Below, one piece after another: positions 9,343-20,112 of a stretch of DNA of 64,000 nucleotides. Source of the DNA: Candidatus Latescibacterota bacterium (GTDB lineage: Bacteria; Latescibacterota; UBA2968; GCA-2709665); the NCBI GenBank assembly GCA_965219995.1, contig CBDCOX010000002.1, forward strand, positions 5,312,001 through 5,376,000. Direction: 5' to 3'. Under the pieces are notes generated by a model. The model was not told the DNA's origin, searched no databases, and saw only the letters and a program-made list of their open reading frames with translations. A program made the translations under genes and the position numbers. Numbering within the stretch: position 1 is the stretch's first letter; every line of letters starts with the position of its first letter.

Positions 9343-10173
9343 TCAAGCCCCGTCCTCCGCGCCGTCCTCCCACACCAGCGGGTACTGCGCGCTGTGCAGG
9401 GGGTCGCCGTCCCTGAGCGTGCCGTTCCGCAAGTCCCTGTTGGTGCCCGGGCGGCTCGAATACGTGACGTCGTCGCCGGTGTAGCGGACCGCATAGCCGC
9501 GCCGCCGCACCCGTTCGCTGGCGTTGCCGCCGGCGCCGTGCAGCACGAGGGCATGAAAGGCGTAGACGTCGCCGGGTTCGAGATCGAAGCTGAAGATGTC
9601 GTAGTCGCCCCGGGCCGACTCGACATCGGGCGCCGGCTCGTAGTCCGGGTTGCTCTCGTAGCCGTCGAGGCCGGTGCGCCCGAACACCTCCGGCTGGTAG
9701 AACCGTCCCCCGCGATGCGAGCCGCGCACGAACTCCACCGCACCCGTTCCGGCGGAGGTGGGATCGAGCGCCACCCAGAACGACAGGATCTGGTGCCCGT
9801 CGACGGGCCAGTAGGGCTGGTCGTTGTGCCAGCGGGTGCGGTTGAGCGTGCCCGGTTCCTTCACGAAGAGCTGGTCGTAGAGCAGGTTGATCTTGTGGCA
9901 ACGGAGTATCTCCGCGGCCATCCGCGGCAGCGGCGACTCGAAGCAGAAACGCCGGAAGCCGTCGTGGAACTCCCAGGTACGCACGTTCCCGTGAAAGCGG
10001 CCCTGCCCGTCCTCCGGCTCGTAGCCGTGATAGAAGGACCCAGGGTTCGCGATGTCGTCCTCGATGGCGTCGGCCAGAACCCCCAGCCATGCCGCGTCCA
10101 CCACGCCGCGCAGGGCGATCGCCCCGTCCGCGTGGAAGGCTTCGATGTCGCTTCGGCTGACGCGCATGCCCAT
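9343..10173 (-). CDS. Phytanoyl-CoA dioxygenase (PhyH) family Fe(II)/2-oxoglutarate oxygenase
   Basis: WHNDQPYW (HxD), FWVALDP, GSH, LHGAGGN...RRR. Confidence 0.9.
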   Translation of the reverse strand: MGMRVSRSDIEAFHADGAIALRGVVDAAWLGVLADAIEDDIANPGSFYHGYEPEDGQGRFHGNVRTWEFHDGFRRFCFESPLPRMAAEILRCHKINLLYDQLFVKEPGTLNRTRWHNDQPYWPVDGHQILSFWVALDPTSAGTGAVEFVRGSHRGGRFYQPEVFGRTGLDGYESNPDYEPAPDVESARGDYDIFSFDLEPGDVYAFHALVLHGAGGNASERVRRRGYAVRYTGDDVTYSSRPGTNRDLRNGTLRDGDPLHSAQYPLVWEDGAEDGA

Positions 10174-10277
10174 AACGTAAGGGACGCGCCGACCCCGCGC
10201 CACCCCTACCCCGCGTCACCCGCGCTGTGGGGGCCGGTCCCGAACTGCGTCTGTTCGGGGCGAGAGGAGGAAGCCCC

Positions 10278-11334
10278 ATGCCATACGATCCCTTTCCGCG
10301 CGGCGACTTCCCGGTCGGCGTCAGGCACGTCGACCTGGACGACGACGGACGACATGTTCCCCTGGAGGTCTGGTTCCCGGCGACGGATGACCACCGGGGG
10401 CAGGATCTCGCGGCCGACACGCAGGACGTGATCTCCTTCGAGCCCCCGAGTCCCTGGCGACCCAGGAGTCAGGCCGCGGTCCGCGACGCAACGCCGCGGG
10501 ATGCCGTGTTTCCGCTCGTCATCTACTCCCACGGCGGCGCCGATTCACGCTTCAGCGCCGGTTTTCTGGCGACCCACCTCGCCAGCCATGGCCATGTCGT
10601 CGCGGCCGCCGATTCATCCGGATGACAACAAGGTCGTCCTGCCGGGAGACGAATACGACCTGGCGCAGGTGCGGCAGTCGCGTCCCCGGGACATCCGGTT
10701 CGTGACGGACCGGCTGACCGGAGGCGCAGCGGGTGACGACGTGATGTTCGACGCCGACAGGATCGGCCTCACGGGCGTCAGTTTCGGCGGCTGGACGACG
10801 TTGATGATGTTGCAGGAGGACGACCGCTTTTCCGCGGCCGTCCCCTTGACGCCCGGTTTGGGCGACAGCCCTCTTTCTCCCGGCATGGCCGACAACAGGG
10901 CCGTACTCGATCTCGATGCCTGGCCGAGAGCGGTTCCCACCCTGGTGGTCGCCGGGGACCGGGACGCGCTGGTCCTGATCGACGCGATGCGCGCCCTGTT
11001 TCGGGACCTGCCGGAACCCAAGCGGATGGTCGAGATTCACGACATCGGTCACTTCCAGTTCGTCGAGCATTGCGAGGAGCGGCACGACGCGTTCGTCGAG
11101 CAGTTGAGGGCCGACGGCGCATTCGTACCCGGCCTCGACGTCGAGGTCATGCTGCAGACGGTGGGACATCACGAAGACATGCTGGCCACGGACAAGGCGC
11201 ACGCCGTCATGCAAGCGCTGCTCCTCGCCCACATGGACGCGCATCTGAAAGACAACGGCGACGCCGCAGGCTACCTGGGAGCCGGTCTCGAGAGCCGCAT
11301 CGCTGACCATGGCGTCGAAATCACCGCCGCGTAA
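10278..11334 (+). pseudogene. Frameshifted PAF-AH/dienelactone-hydrolase-like alpha/beta hydrolase
   Basis: N-terminal half (PLVIYSHGG...LASHGHVVAAAD) and C-terminal half (HPDD...GVSFGG...GH) lie in different frames; one extra base near 10614 (GCCGATTCATCCG instead of GCCGATCATCCG). Confidence 0.8.
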
Positions 11335-11353
11335 GCCAGAGGAGACTCGCCCG

Positions 11354-13864
11354 GTGTACGCACGACCTTCCTTCCGAGTTCCCTCCCTTGCAGGACTCTT
11401 CGTCCTTTCGCTTGCCGGCTGCGCGCCGGCCGAGCGGGCCGATGGCGTCCAACCCGAAACCGGGCCGCTGACGGCGGCCGACTACACCGCCGCCGCGGCG
11501 CTGCTCGAAGGGAACGTCGCCGGCCTCGTGAAGAACGCCCGCGTCCAACCGCACTGGCTGGGCGACACGGGGCGGTTCTGGTACCGGCGGGATACCGGGG
11601 CAGGGCACGAGTACGTCGTCTTCGATGCCGGGAACGGGGAGAAGACCCCGGCCTTCGACCACGACGCCGCGGCGGTCGCCATCAGCGAGGCGCTCGACCT
11701 TGAAGGACCTCTGGATGCAGGCAGCCTTCCACTGGGGACGCTGACGCTGGCGGACGATCTCACGAGCCTGGAAGCCGACGTGGGTGCAGGCGCCGAATCG
11801 CAGCGCGTGACCTGCACGTTGCAGCCCTTGTCCTGCACCCCGGCGCCGGGCGCGGACACGCAGGCAGACCACCTGGTCTCCCCAGACGGCCGTACCGCCG
11901 TCCTCGCGCGGGACGACAATCTCCACGCCATCGACCTCGAGACCGGCGACGAACGCGCCCTGACCGCCGACGGGTCGCCCGGCCTCTCCTACGGCAAGTG
12001 GCCCGACACCTCGCTGATCACCATACCGCGCAGGAAGACGGACTGGCCGCTGCCGCCCTACATGACGGCCTGGTCCCCCGACAGCCGTTACCTGATCGCG
12101 CCCCGCATCGACGAACGGCGCCTGCCGGCGATGCCCTTCGTCGAGTGGGTGCCGACGGACGGGTCGCGCCGGCCCTCGGTGCACAACGTGCGCATGCCGA
12201 TCGCCGGGGATGCCGACACCCTCGGGATCGACTTCTTTGCCATCGATATCCAGACCGGCGCCAGCGTGCCCATTGCGTTGCCCGAGGGGCACCGGGTGAA
12301 CAGCCTCCTCGACGCCGGCGTGCTCGGCTGGAGCACGGCCCGCCACCAGGCGTTCATGGTGGTCGCCACCGCCGATGCCCAGTCCGCCGCGCTCTTGCGC
12401 GTGGATCTCGCAACGGGCGAGGCCACGCCCGTGATCGAGGAGACGTCCGAAGTTCGCCTCGAGACGAACACGCTCATGTACAACCGGCCCAACATCCGTC
12501 TGCTCGGCGACGGCGACGAGGTCGTTTGGTACTCCGACCGGGGCGGCTGGGGGCACCTGTACCTTTACGATGCGCAGTCCGGGGACCTCAAGGGCGCGAT
12601 CACCTCCGGGGCATGGGCGGTGTTCGACATACACGCGCTCGACGAGGAGGCCCGGGAGATCTACTTCACCGCCGGCGGCCGCGAAGCCGGGCGCGACCCC
12701 TACTTCCGGCACCTGTACCGCGCGTCACTCGAACGGGCCGCGCAGGTTGGCGGCGACGTCTTCCTGCTGACGCCCGACGACGCCGACCACATGATCCCGG
12801 CGGAGCCGATTCCGCTGTTCACCGTGCTGTACGGGACCGCGCCCGGCGAACCCCTAGTGCGGCCGGACCTCGGCCTCCTCATCGACACCTGGTCCACCGT
12901 GGACCGGCCGCCGGTCACCGTCCTGCGTTCCACCCGGGACGGCAGCATCGTCGCCGAGCTGGAGCAGGCCGATGCGGGTGCGCTCTACGCCGCCGGCTGG
13001 CAGGCGCCGGTGCGCCGGCTCGTCAAGGCCGCCGACGGCGAAACGGACATCGCCACCGTCTACTACGCCCCGGCACGCGCCCTGCCCGGCGGCCGGCACC
13101 CGGTCATCGATTCCGCGTACGGCGGTCCGCAGGTCTACGTCGCGCCGCGCAACTTCATGGAGGCGCACCTGGGCAGGAACCCCGTGGGCGAGAGCGCCCT
13201 GGCGCGCCTCGGTTTCGCCGTCGCCGTCACGGACGCGCGCGGCACGCCGGGACGCGGCAACGCGTTCCGGAACGCCGGTTACACCGAGTTCACCCAGGTC
13301 GGCATCGACGACCACATCGCCGCCATCCGGCACCTGGCCGGGCAACACCCGGAGATCGACCTCGAACGGGCCGGCGTCTACGGCTGGTCCTGGGGCGGCA
13401 CGTTCGCGGCGCAGGCCATCCTGAGCCGTCCCGCGTTCTACGGTGTTTCGGTCTCCGGGGCGGGCGTCTACGACTACGCGGCCATCTACCCGGGCTTCGA
13501 GGCGATGACCGGCGCGCCGGTCTACGAGGACGGCTCCGCTGAGCGCACCGCGCCCGACGCATACCCGGCCAACTGGGCACCCCTGGACATCACCGCGCTC
13601 GCGGGGAACCTGAACGGGCACCTCCTGCTCATCTATGGCGACCTGGACGAAAACGTGCCTCCGGTGCAGGTCTTCCGGCTGATCGACGCACTGGTCGCGG
13701 CCAACAAGCCCTACGACCTGCTCGCGTTACCCAACCGCGCCCACGGCGCCGCCGGCGAGGGTTACGTCATCCAACGCACCTGGGACTACTTCGTCAGGCA
13801 CCTGCACGGCATGGAGCCGCCGCGCGACGTCACCGTGACCAATGCGCCGGGGCCGCTCCTGTGA
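11354..13864 (+). CDS. S9 family DPP-IV-like peptidase, lipoprotein
   Basis: GTG after AGAGGAG, LAGC lipobox, GWGHLYLY, GWSWGG, DENV, RAH. Confidence 0.92.
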   Translation: MYARPSFRVPSLAGLFVLSLAGCAPAERADGVQPETGPLTAADYTAAAALLEGNVAGLVKNARVQPHWLGDTGRFWYRRDTGAGHEYVVFDAGNGEKTPAFDHDAAAVAISEALDLEGPLDAGSLPLGTLTLADDLTSLEADVGAGAESQRVTCTLQPLSCTPAPGADTQADHLVSPDGRTAVLARDDNLHAIDLETGDERALTADGSPGLSYGKWPDTSLITIPRRKTDWPLPPYMTAWSPDSRYLIAPRIDERRLPAMPFVEWVPTDGSRRPSVHNVRMPIAGDADTLGIDFFAIDIQTGASVPIALPEGHRVNSLLDAGVLGWSTARHQAFMVVATADAQSAALLRVDLATGEATPVIEETSEVRLETNTLMYNRPNIRLLGDGDEVVWYSDRGGWGHLYLYDAQSGDLKGAITSGAWAVFDIHALDEEAREIYFTAGGREAGRDPYFRHLYRASLERAAQVGGDVFLLTPDDADHMIPAEPIPLFTVLYGTAPGEPLVRPDLGLLIDTWSTVDRPPVTVLRSTRDGSIVAELEQADAGALYAAGWQAPVRRLVKAADGETDIATVYYAPARALPGGRHPVIDSAYGGPQVYVAPRNFMEAHLGRNPVGESALARLGFAVAVTDARGTPGRGNAFRNAGYTEFTQVGIDDHIAAIRHLAGQHPEIDLERAGVYGWSWGGTFAAQAILSRPAFYGVSVSGAGVYDYAAIYPGFEAMTGAPVYEDGSAERTAPDAYPANWAPLDITALAGNLNGHLLLIYGDLDENVPPVQVFRLIDALVAANKPYDLLALPNRAHGAAGEGYVIQRTWDYFVRHLHGMEPPRDVTVTNAPGPLL

Positions 13865-13944
13865 GGGCGACGACGCCCCGCTGCGTCCATCCGGGGGTCC
13901 CCTTCGGGAGCGGAACGGCATGATCGTGTTCTTCTTGCGAGGGC

Positions 13945-14552
13945 TCCGGCGGCGTCTCCACCACCTCCGACCCCCTGGAGGGCACGCAGTTCTCCGACGA
14001 CGAGGTGCGCGCCATCGTCGAGGAAGTGGAGAACCACCGGGTGTCCTGCACGGCACCCTGATCGAACCGGACACCGCCGCCATGGCCGCGGAGGCGGGCA
14101 CCAGCATCGTGCCGACCCTGGCCGTGATGGCCGCGCTGGTCGACCATGGCCGGGAACTCGGCTACCCGGAGGAATCCCTCGCGAAGCTCGACACGGTCAA
14201 GGACGAAGCCGTCGACCGGCTCCGCCACATGAAGTCCGCGGGCGTGCGGGTAGGCTTCGGCACCGACCTGATCGGGGCGCCGCTGCAGAAGATGCAGTGC
14301 ATCGAGTTCGGCCTGCGCAAACCGGTCTTCAGCAATCTCGAGATCCTGCGCCAGATCACGGCGGTGAACGCCGAGATCCTCGACGCCACGGGCGACATCG
14401 GCGAGATCGCCGAGGGCGCCTACGCGGACCTGCTCGTGGTGGACGGCAACCCGCTCGAGGACCTCAAGGTCCTGGAGCGCGACGGGGCCGGCATTCCCGT
14501 GGTGATGAAGGGTGGGGAGTTCCACCGCAACCGGCTGGAGGAAGCAGCATGA
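13945..14552 (+). pseudogene. Amidohydrolase (Xaa-Pro dipeptidase-like) remnant: N-terminus missing and internal deletion
   Basis: SGGVSTTSDPLEGTQFSDDEVRAIVEE joined out of frame to HGTLI...GTDLIG...ADLLVVDGNPL; homologous to the intact gene at 36113-37345. Confidence 0.8.
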
Positions 14553-15079
14553 AGCACCCATTGAAGCGGGCGACTGCCTGCCTTTTGCTGGCGGCAGCGG
14601 TTTCGGCCGTTGCGCAGACCGCGTCGGAGGCGCCGGTCGACCTCAGCCTGGTGACCCACAACGCCGTCACCATCGCCGCTCCGGCGGAGCGCATCTGGCC
14701 GCACATCGTCGAACCCGACGCCTGGAAGGCGGGCGCGCAACTGGTGCCCGTCGAGGGCTCGGAACACCGTTTCCAGGCGGTGATGCCGAACGACCCCGAC
14801 ACCCCCCTGTTCCACGTCTCGAACGTCGAGTTCGACCCGCCGGCCCGGCGCACCATCCGGCTGAACGCGCTCGACGGCGCGCTGATCGGCTTCGCGACGT
14901 GGGAACTGACCCCGGCGAACGGCGGTACGCGCGTCGCGTACCACGTCTACAGCCAGCAGCAGGCACCGCCCGGCAGCCCGGCGATCGACCGGGAAGCCTA
15001 CCTGGAGGACAACCGCACGCGGTTCCAGGACGAACTGAACGCGCTCAAGGCGCTCGTCGATCCGCCTCCCGGGGGCTGA
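14549..15079 (+). CDS. Secreted SRPBCC (START-like) family protein
   Basis: Signal peptide, VTIAAPAERIWPHI, WELTPANGGTRV, C-terminal LNALKALVD helix. Confidence 0.75.
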   Translation: MKHPLKRATACLLLAAAVSAVAQTASEAPVDLSLVTHNAVTIAAPAERIWPHIVEPDAWKAGAQLVPVEGSEHRFQAVMPNDPDTPLFHVSNVEFDPPARRTIRLNALDGALIGFATWELTPANGGTRVAYHVYSQQQAPPGSPAIDREAYLEDNRTRFQDELNALKALVDPPPGG

Positions 15080-15109
15080 TCCGGGCGCCGCGCCGGGCAA
15101 GGCTCCCTC

Positions 15110-17281
15110 CTAGAAGCCTCCCCGGACGCTGATGCCGATCGTCCGCGGCTGCTGCAGATAGAACTCCGCCAGGGCTCCGATGGGTCGGGTAAGTACGTTC
15201 TCTTCTTCCGTGAGATTATCGACAAAGAAATGGACGCTCCAGGTTTCCCTCATTGCCCCGACGCGCAAGTTCAGCGTCACCAGACCATCGTTCGTCTCGC
15301 TCTCATTAGGATAGCCAAACCCGCGTATATTGACTTCGGTGTCGTCTGACGCCATGTAATCGGCGCGTACATGACCCGTGAATCCCGCGGGGAGTCCGAA
15401 GGTATAATCCGCCGAAATGGAGTACGTAAACTCCGGCACCGAGTCCATGGGTTCACCGGCCATGTGCGTCAGAGTATCCTCGGTATACTCCCCATCGTTA
15501 AGCCCGTAGCTCGCCTCGAGGTAGAATCTCTCGCTAAAGCGAAGTGAGCCCTGAAACTCGAGTCCGCGCACCTCGGCCGCGCCACCGTTGGCGAAAGCTT
15601 GTATACCAAGTGGATTCGAGAAGTAAATTTGAATGTTCTCGTAATCCATGAAGAAGGCCGCGACTTCGTATCTGAAGGCTCCGTCACCCAGTACTCCTTT
15701 GGCCCCTACTTCCCAGGTAGAGAGATCTTCTGGATCAAACGTATTCGGCAAGCCGAGCGAGGCCTCGGAGTCGAAGAACTGCACACCGCCAGACCTGAAA
15801 CCCTGGCCGAAGCTGCCATAGGTCATGAGATCATCGTTGACTTCATACTTGAGTACAACCCTCGCCACGGTGGAATCATTGTCAAGGCCGTCGACCACCG
15901 AAAGCGGACCTCCAAACAGAGACACGATATTCTCCGATGCACGCTCATCGGTGTAATGGCGAACGCCGAGCGTGCCCTCCAGACGATCGGTGAACGAAAA
16001 CACAGCCTCGGCGAAGTAAGCCAGTGCTTCCGTTTCGATAAGCAGGTAGCCCTCGAGCGCTTGAACGGGCAGGACGTTTGGATCCGGGTAGTAGTCGGAA
16101 ACCAGCGGGGCGAAATGCTCTGAGTCCTTGTAGTACACGCCCGCCGTCAGCAGCCAATCGTCGGAGATATTCGCGTTTACCCTTACCTCCTGGGTAAGCG
16201 TTTCAACCACAGTGTCAAGCCAATATCCAATATTGGTGACGTAGTTCGGTACGGCGATGGCGTTGCCGAACAAGGGAGCCCAGTCCGTGTAACCCGGGAA
16301 AAACATCTCCACAAAGGCCTTGTACGGAGAAATATCAAAGGCGGTAATTACAGTGCGGTCCTGGTAACCGGTTGAACTCGTGATGGAGAAGTTGTCCAGC
16401 TCCCACTTGAGCACCAGATTCGCCATGTCATAGAACGTTTCACTTGGAACGGGATAGTAAGACGTCGATTGGAAATTCAGATCGCTGTATCCGAGCAGTG
16501 GAATCTCGTTTTCCTGTGTCTCCCACATGAGGCTGGCGGTGAATCGATCACTCGGCGTGAACACCGCCTTGGCGCGAATCAACCAGCGATCCGACGTATT
16601 GGCGTCATCGCCAAACAAAGTGCTGTCGACCCAGCCCGGGGTTTCTTCAAAGAACGCCGCAAGCCGCACTCCGAACACGTCGGAACCAAACGGCAGGTTC
16701 CCGGCGACCCAGCCTCGATAGCCATCACCGCCATCATCGACTGAACGGCCGCTTAGTTCGAAGATGCCGTCAATCTCTCCCGGGGTCGGGTTGCGCGTCA
16801 GGTACTTGACGGTGCCGCTGATCGACCCTTCGCCATAGAGGGTGCCCTGTGGTCCCTTGAGCACCTCGACGCGTTCGATATCGACAAGGGGGAAGGAGAG
16901 TCCGTAGCCCGTGGTCTCGGCGTTGATCGTCATCTCGTCAACGAGACGACCGACGGTGGGCAGCAGGCTGCCGGGAGGCGAGATCCCTCGAACCCGGATG
17001 GTCTCAACGATGCCGCCAAGGCTGCTGATGAACAGACTCGGGACCTTGAACTGGATGTCCGCGAGATTGACGGCCCCCATCGTTGCGACATCGTCCGCCG
17101 AGAGCGCCGAAACCGACATGGGGACTTCCATGAGCGACTGGTCCCGTTTCTGCGCAGTCACCACGATTTCTTCGATCACGGGCGCGTCGTCGTCTTCCTC
17201 GGCCGAAGCAACGGCGAAGGGCGTGAAGGCGAGCAGTGCCGCGAGCGCCAGGTCCCGCGGGATGAATCTGTTCAGGTGCAT
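15110..17281 (-). CDS. TonB-dependent receptor
   Basis: IEEIVVTAQKR TonB box, IERVEVLKGPQGTLYG plug, C-terminal PRTIGISVRGGF. Confidence 0.95.
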   Translation of the reverse strand: MHLNRFIPRDLALAALLAFTPFAVASAEEDDDAPVIEEIVVTAQKRDQSLMEVPMSVSALSADDVATMGAVNLADIQFKVPSLFISSLGGIVETIRVRGISPPGSLLPTVGRLVDEMTINAETTGYGLSFPLVDIERVEVLKGPQGTLYGEGSISGTVKYLTRNPTPGEIDGIFELSGRSVDDGGDGYRGWVAGNLPFGSDVFGVRLAAFFEETPGWVDSTLFGDDANTSDRWLIRAKAVFTPSDRFTASLMWETQENEIPLLGYSDLNFQSTSYYPVPSETFYDMANLVLKWELDNFSITSSTGYQDRTVITAFDISPYKAFVEMFFPGYTDWAPLFGNAIAVPNYVTNIGYWLDTVVETLTQEVRVNANISDDWLLTAGVYYKDSEHFAPLVSDYYPDPNVLPVQALEGYLLIETEALAYFAEAVFSFTDRLEGTLGVRHYTDERASENIVSLFGGPLSVVDGLDNDSTVARVVLKYEVNDDLMTYGSFGQGFRSGGVQFFDSEASLGLPNTFDPEDLSTWEVGAKGVLGDGAFRYEVAAFFMDYENIQIYFSNPLGIQAFANGGAAEVRGLEFQGSLRFSERFYLEASYGLNDGEYTEDTLTHMAGEPMDSVPEFTYSISADYTFGLPAGFTGHVRADYMASDDTEVNIRGFGYPNESETNDGLVTLNLRVGAMRETWSVHFFVDNLTEEENVLTRPIGALAEFYLQQPRTIGISVRGGF

Positions 17282-17361
17282 GATCTCTCCGTCATACGCG
17301 TTGCGGATCTCGCTCCGACAAGGATAGGACGCAGGACACCCGATTTCCCTCAGCCCGACCC

Positions 17362-18525
17362 TCAGGACTCCGCGGGAACGACCTGCACCGTCGCGCATCC
17401 GCCCAGTTCGATCTCCGCGGGGACGACGCGGGCGTGCAGCTTCTGGGTGTCACACGCCTTTTGCACGTACGCGACCACCTCCTTCCCCTCGGGTGAACTC
17501 GGCTGCACCGGATGCACCAGGCCGTCCGGGCGCAGCATGCACGGCACGAAGCCGATGCCGGTGATGCCGCCCGCCTCCACGCTTGCCCAGGCCATCAGCG
17601 TCATGCGCGACTCGGCGTGCAGCGGCAGCAGCGGCCATCCTTCCCGGGGCGCGACGCCGTAGAAGCTCGGGTCTTCGCCGGAGCCGCCCACCATCCTGAG
17701 CAGGTCCGGCGGTAGCTCCATGCGCAGGTCGAAAACGAAGTGCCCCAGCCCGTAAAGGATCGGCTTGCCCGCGTACCACTCCATGCCCCGCAGCACGTGG
17801 TGATGATGCCCGACGACCAGGTCCGCGCCCTCGTCGATGCAGAAGCGGGCGGTACGGACTTCGTGGTCGGTGAGGTGAAACGGCTTCATGAAGTCGCCCC
17901 AGTGGAAGGTCGCGATGACGAGATCCGCCCGCGCCCGGGCGTTCGCGATGTCCTCGCGCAGGTTGGCGACGTCCTCCTCGAAAGGAACGGTCTTCACGCG
18001 GGGCGCGCAGCCCGGGGCGTGGTAGTTGTCGTAGGCGTCCCGGAAGAGATTGTGCGCCCGCATCGGCGCGATGCCCGGCACCGCGGAGCGGGCTTCGTAG
18101 CCGGACGGGAAGATCGAGGCATAGCCGAGGAAGGCGATCCTCAGGCCGCCGGCCTCGACGATCGCCGGGGCCCGTGCTTCCGCCAGGTCGCGGCCCGCGC
18201 CGCAGGTCGCCACGCCCTGCTCGTTGAGGCGCGCCCGGGTGTCGAGCATGGCCGCGTGACCGCCGTCGACGATGTGGTTGTTGGCCATGGTCACCACATC
18301 GAATCCGCACTGCGCGTAGACATCGAGGTTCCGCGCGGCCGGCAGCACCTGCGCCGGCGCGCTCGGCGGCATGTGCGGATCGTCGGTGTACGGTCCCTCG
18401 AGGTTGGCGAACAGCACGTCGGTCGCGTCGAGCACCGGTTGCACCTTACTGAACACCTCCGGCGGATCCTCGCGGTCGACAAGGACATCGCCCACCAGTC
18501 CGAGGATCAGTTGCTCTTGGTTCAC
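17362..18525 (-). CDS. CapA / poly-gamma-glutamate-synthesis family metallophosphoesterase
   Basis: GLVGD, ANLE, ANNHIVDGG, HWG, GHHHH, YGLGHF motifs. Confidence 0.9.
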   Translation of the reverse strand: MNQEQLILGLVGDVLVDREDPPEVFSKVQPVLDATDVLFANLEGPYTDDPHMPPSAPAQVLPAARNLDVYAQCGFDVVTMANNHIVDGGHAAMLDTRARLNEQGVATCGAGRDLAEARAPAIVEAGGLRIAFLGYASIFPSGYEARSAVPGIAPMRAHNLFRDAYDNYHAPGCAPRVKTVPFEEDVANLREDIANARARADLVIATFHWGDFMKPFHLTDHEVRTARFCIDEGADLVVGHHHHVLRGMEWYAGKPILYGLGHFVFDLRMELPPDLLRMVGGSGEDPSFYGVAPREGWPLLPLHAESRMTLMAWASVEAGGITGIGFVPCMLRPDGLVHPVQPSSPEGKEVVAYVQKACDTQKLHARVVPAEIELGGCATVQVVPAES

Positions 18526-18540
18526 AAACCCTTCCTCCAC

Positions 18541-20112
18541 TCAATCCTGACGCACCGTTTCCCCGGGGGGCGGGGCGTCGACTCCGGCCGCACAAGCCTC
18601 GCCGGCGTGCAGGGCGAGGACGCACGCCATGAGCCCCCTGCGCGTGCCGGGCGCCGTCTGGCCCATGTGGCCGCCCGTGGTGAGGTGCAGGCCGGCATTG
18701 GGGAGCTTCTCCGCCCACACCCTGTTGTAGGGCGTGCCGACCTCGGTGACGCCGGTGAAGAACTCGACCCGGGGCGCGATGTCGAAGACGTCGAAACCCC
18801 ATCCGGAACGGTCCAGCACGAATCCCACTTCGCGGAGGAATGCGTCCGATGCGAACTCGGTCGCCGCGAAGTACGCCCGCACGACCTCCGTTTCGGTGTC
18901 TTCCGGAAACTGCCCGAAGGGGTCGGACGCCCGGAACGCCGCGAGTTCCTCGTCGCCGGCGGTTGCGAGCGACGCGCTCGAACTCCGTGTTCCCTCCACC
19001 CACGCCGCGGCTCCCGACTCGGCGAGCGGGTGGTAGATGGGCGTCAGGGCCCAGGCCTCTTCGTCGTCGAACACCGGCGTCGCCGGGTTGAGGGGCATGG
19101 CGCCGGCGATGCGTTCCGGCAGTGCGTGCGCCAGGGCGAGCGCGAACATGCCCCCGTTGGAGTTGCCCATCACCACGACCCGCGGGAGCTTGAGCGCATC
19201 GAGAAGCTGCACGAAGTCGTCGTGGTAGCCGGCGACGGTGAACCCCTCGTGACCGGTGGAGCCGCCGACCCCCGGACGGGAGACCGAGATCACGCGCACG
19301 CCCGCGGACAGCGCGTCGCGATGGTAGACGGCCCCCGAACGATGGTTGGCGCCGCCGCCGTGCAGTTCGACGACGGGCGCACCGGCCGGATCGCCGTATT
19401 CGGCGTAGACGAGCGTGCGGCCGTCGCGCAGGGTCAGGTCGTGCACGCGACCCTCATCGGCGGCGACCTCGGCCAGCGTCGGTACGGCGCCGTCCAGGTG
19501 CTCCGTTATCCGGTCCTGCAGGGCGGCGTGAAGCCGGCCAAGCACGACGAGGTGGCCCTGGAGTCTTCGCACTTTCGGCAGGGCGTCCGCCACATCGTCC
19601 TCGCCGACGCCGGCGACATTCGCCGCGTCCTCGACGATCCAGTCCCAGACCATCGCGTACCGCTCGAAGGTGTCGTACAGCGTGGCCCGTTCGATCAGCC
19701 AGCCGTATTCGAGATAGGGGGCGGCCCGGCTCGTCTGCGCCACCCGCCAGGCCGCGGTCGAGATTCTCGGATACGGGAGGTCCACCTCCACCTGCGATTC
19801 CAGCAGCGATTCCAGCAGCGCTTCCAGCCCAGCGCCATCGCGCTGCGCCTGGCGCAACAACCCCACCAACCGGTCGACCGCCGCGATCCCGGCGGTGAGT
19901 CCGGCCTCGGCGTCCTGGAGTTGGGCCAGGTTCCCCTCGACCTCGGCTTCCACCGCGACGCGCACCTCGGCGGCGGTCGCCAGGAGTTCCCGCTCGTCCC
20001 ACCATTCTTCGGCTCCGAGGGCGAGCAGGACCGCGAACACGATCAGGATCGCCTGTATGGAGAGGTCGACGACCCGCTCCCGCAGCCTGTGGGTCCAGGC
20101 CGAGGCGTTCAC
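18541..20112 (-). CDS. Fusion of a membrane-anchored helical hypothetical domain and an alpha/beta hydrolase
   Basis: GTG overlaps the pip stop; TM helix ILIVFAVLLAL; hydrolase part DGRTLVYAEYGDP, HGG, GNSNGG, GGH. Confidence 0.75.
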   Translation of the reverse strand: MNASAWTHRLRERVVDLSIQAILIVFAVLLALGAEEWWDERELLATAAEVRVAVEAEVEGNLAQLQDAEAGLTAGIAAVDRLVGLLRQAQRDGAGLEALLESLLESQVEVDLPYPRISTAAWRVAQTSRAAPYLEYGWLIERATLYDTFERYAMVWDWIVEDAANVAGVGEDDVADALPKVRRLQGHLVVLGRLHAALQDRITEHLDGAVPTLAEVAADEGRVHDLTLRDGRTLVYAEYGDPAGAPVVELHGGGANHRSGAVYHRDALSAGVRVISVSRPGVGGSTGHEGFTVAGYHDDFVQLLDALKLPRVVVMGNSNGGMFALALAHALPERIAGAMPLNPATPVFDDEEAWALTPIYHPLAESGAAAWVEGTRSSSASLATAGDEELAAFRASDPFGQFPEDTETEVVRAYFAATEFASDAFLREVGFVLDRSGWGFDVFDIAPRVEFFTGVTEVGTPYNRVWAEKLPNAGLHLTTGGHMGQTAPGTRRGLMACVLALHAGEACAAGVDAPPPGETVRQD

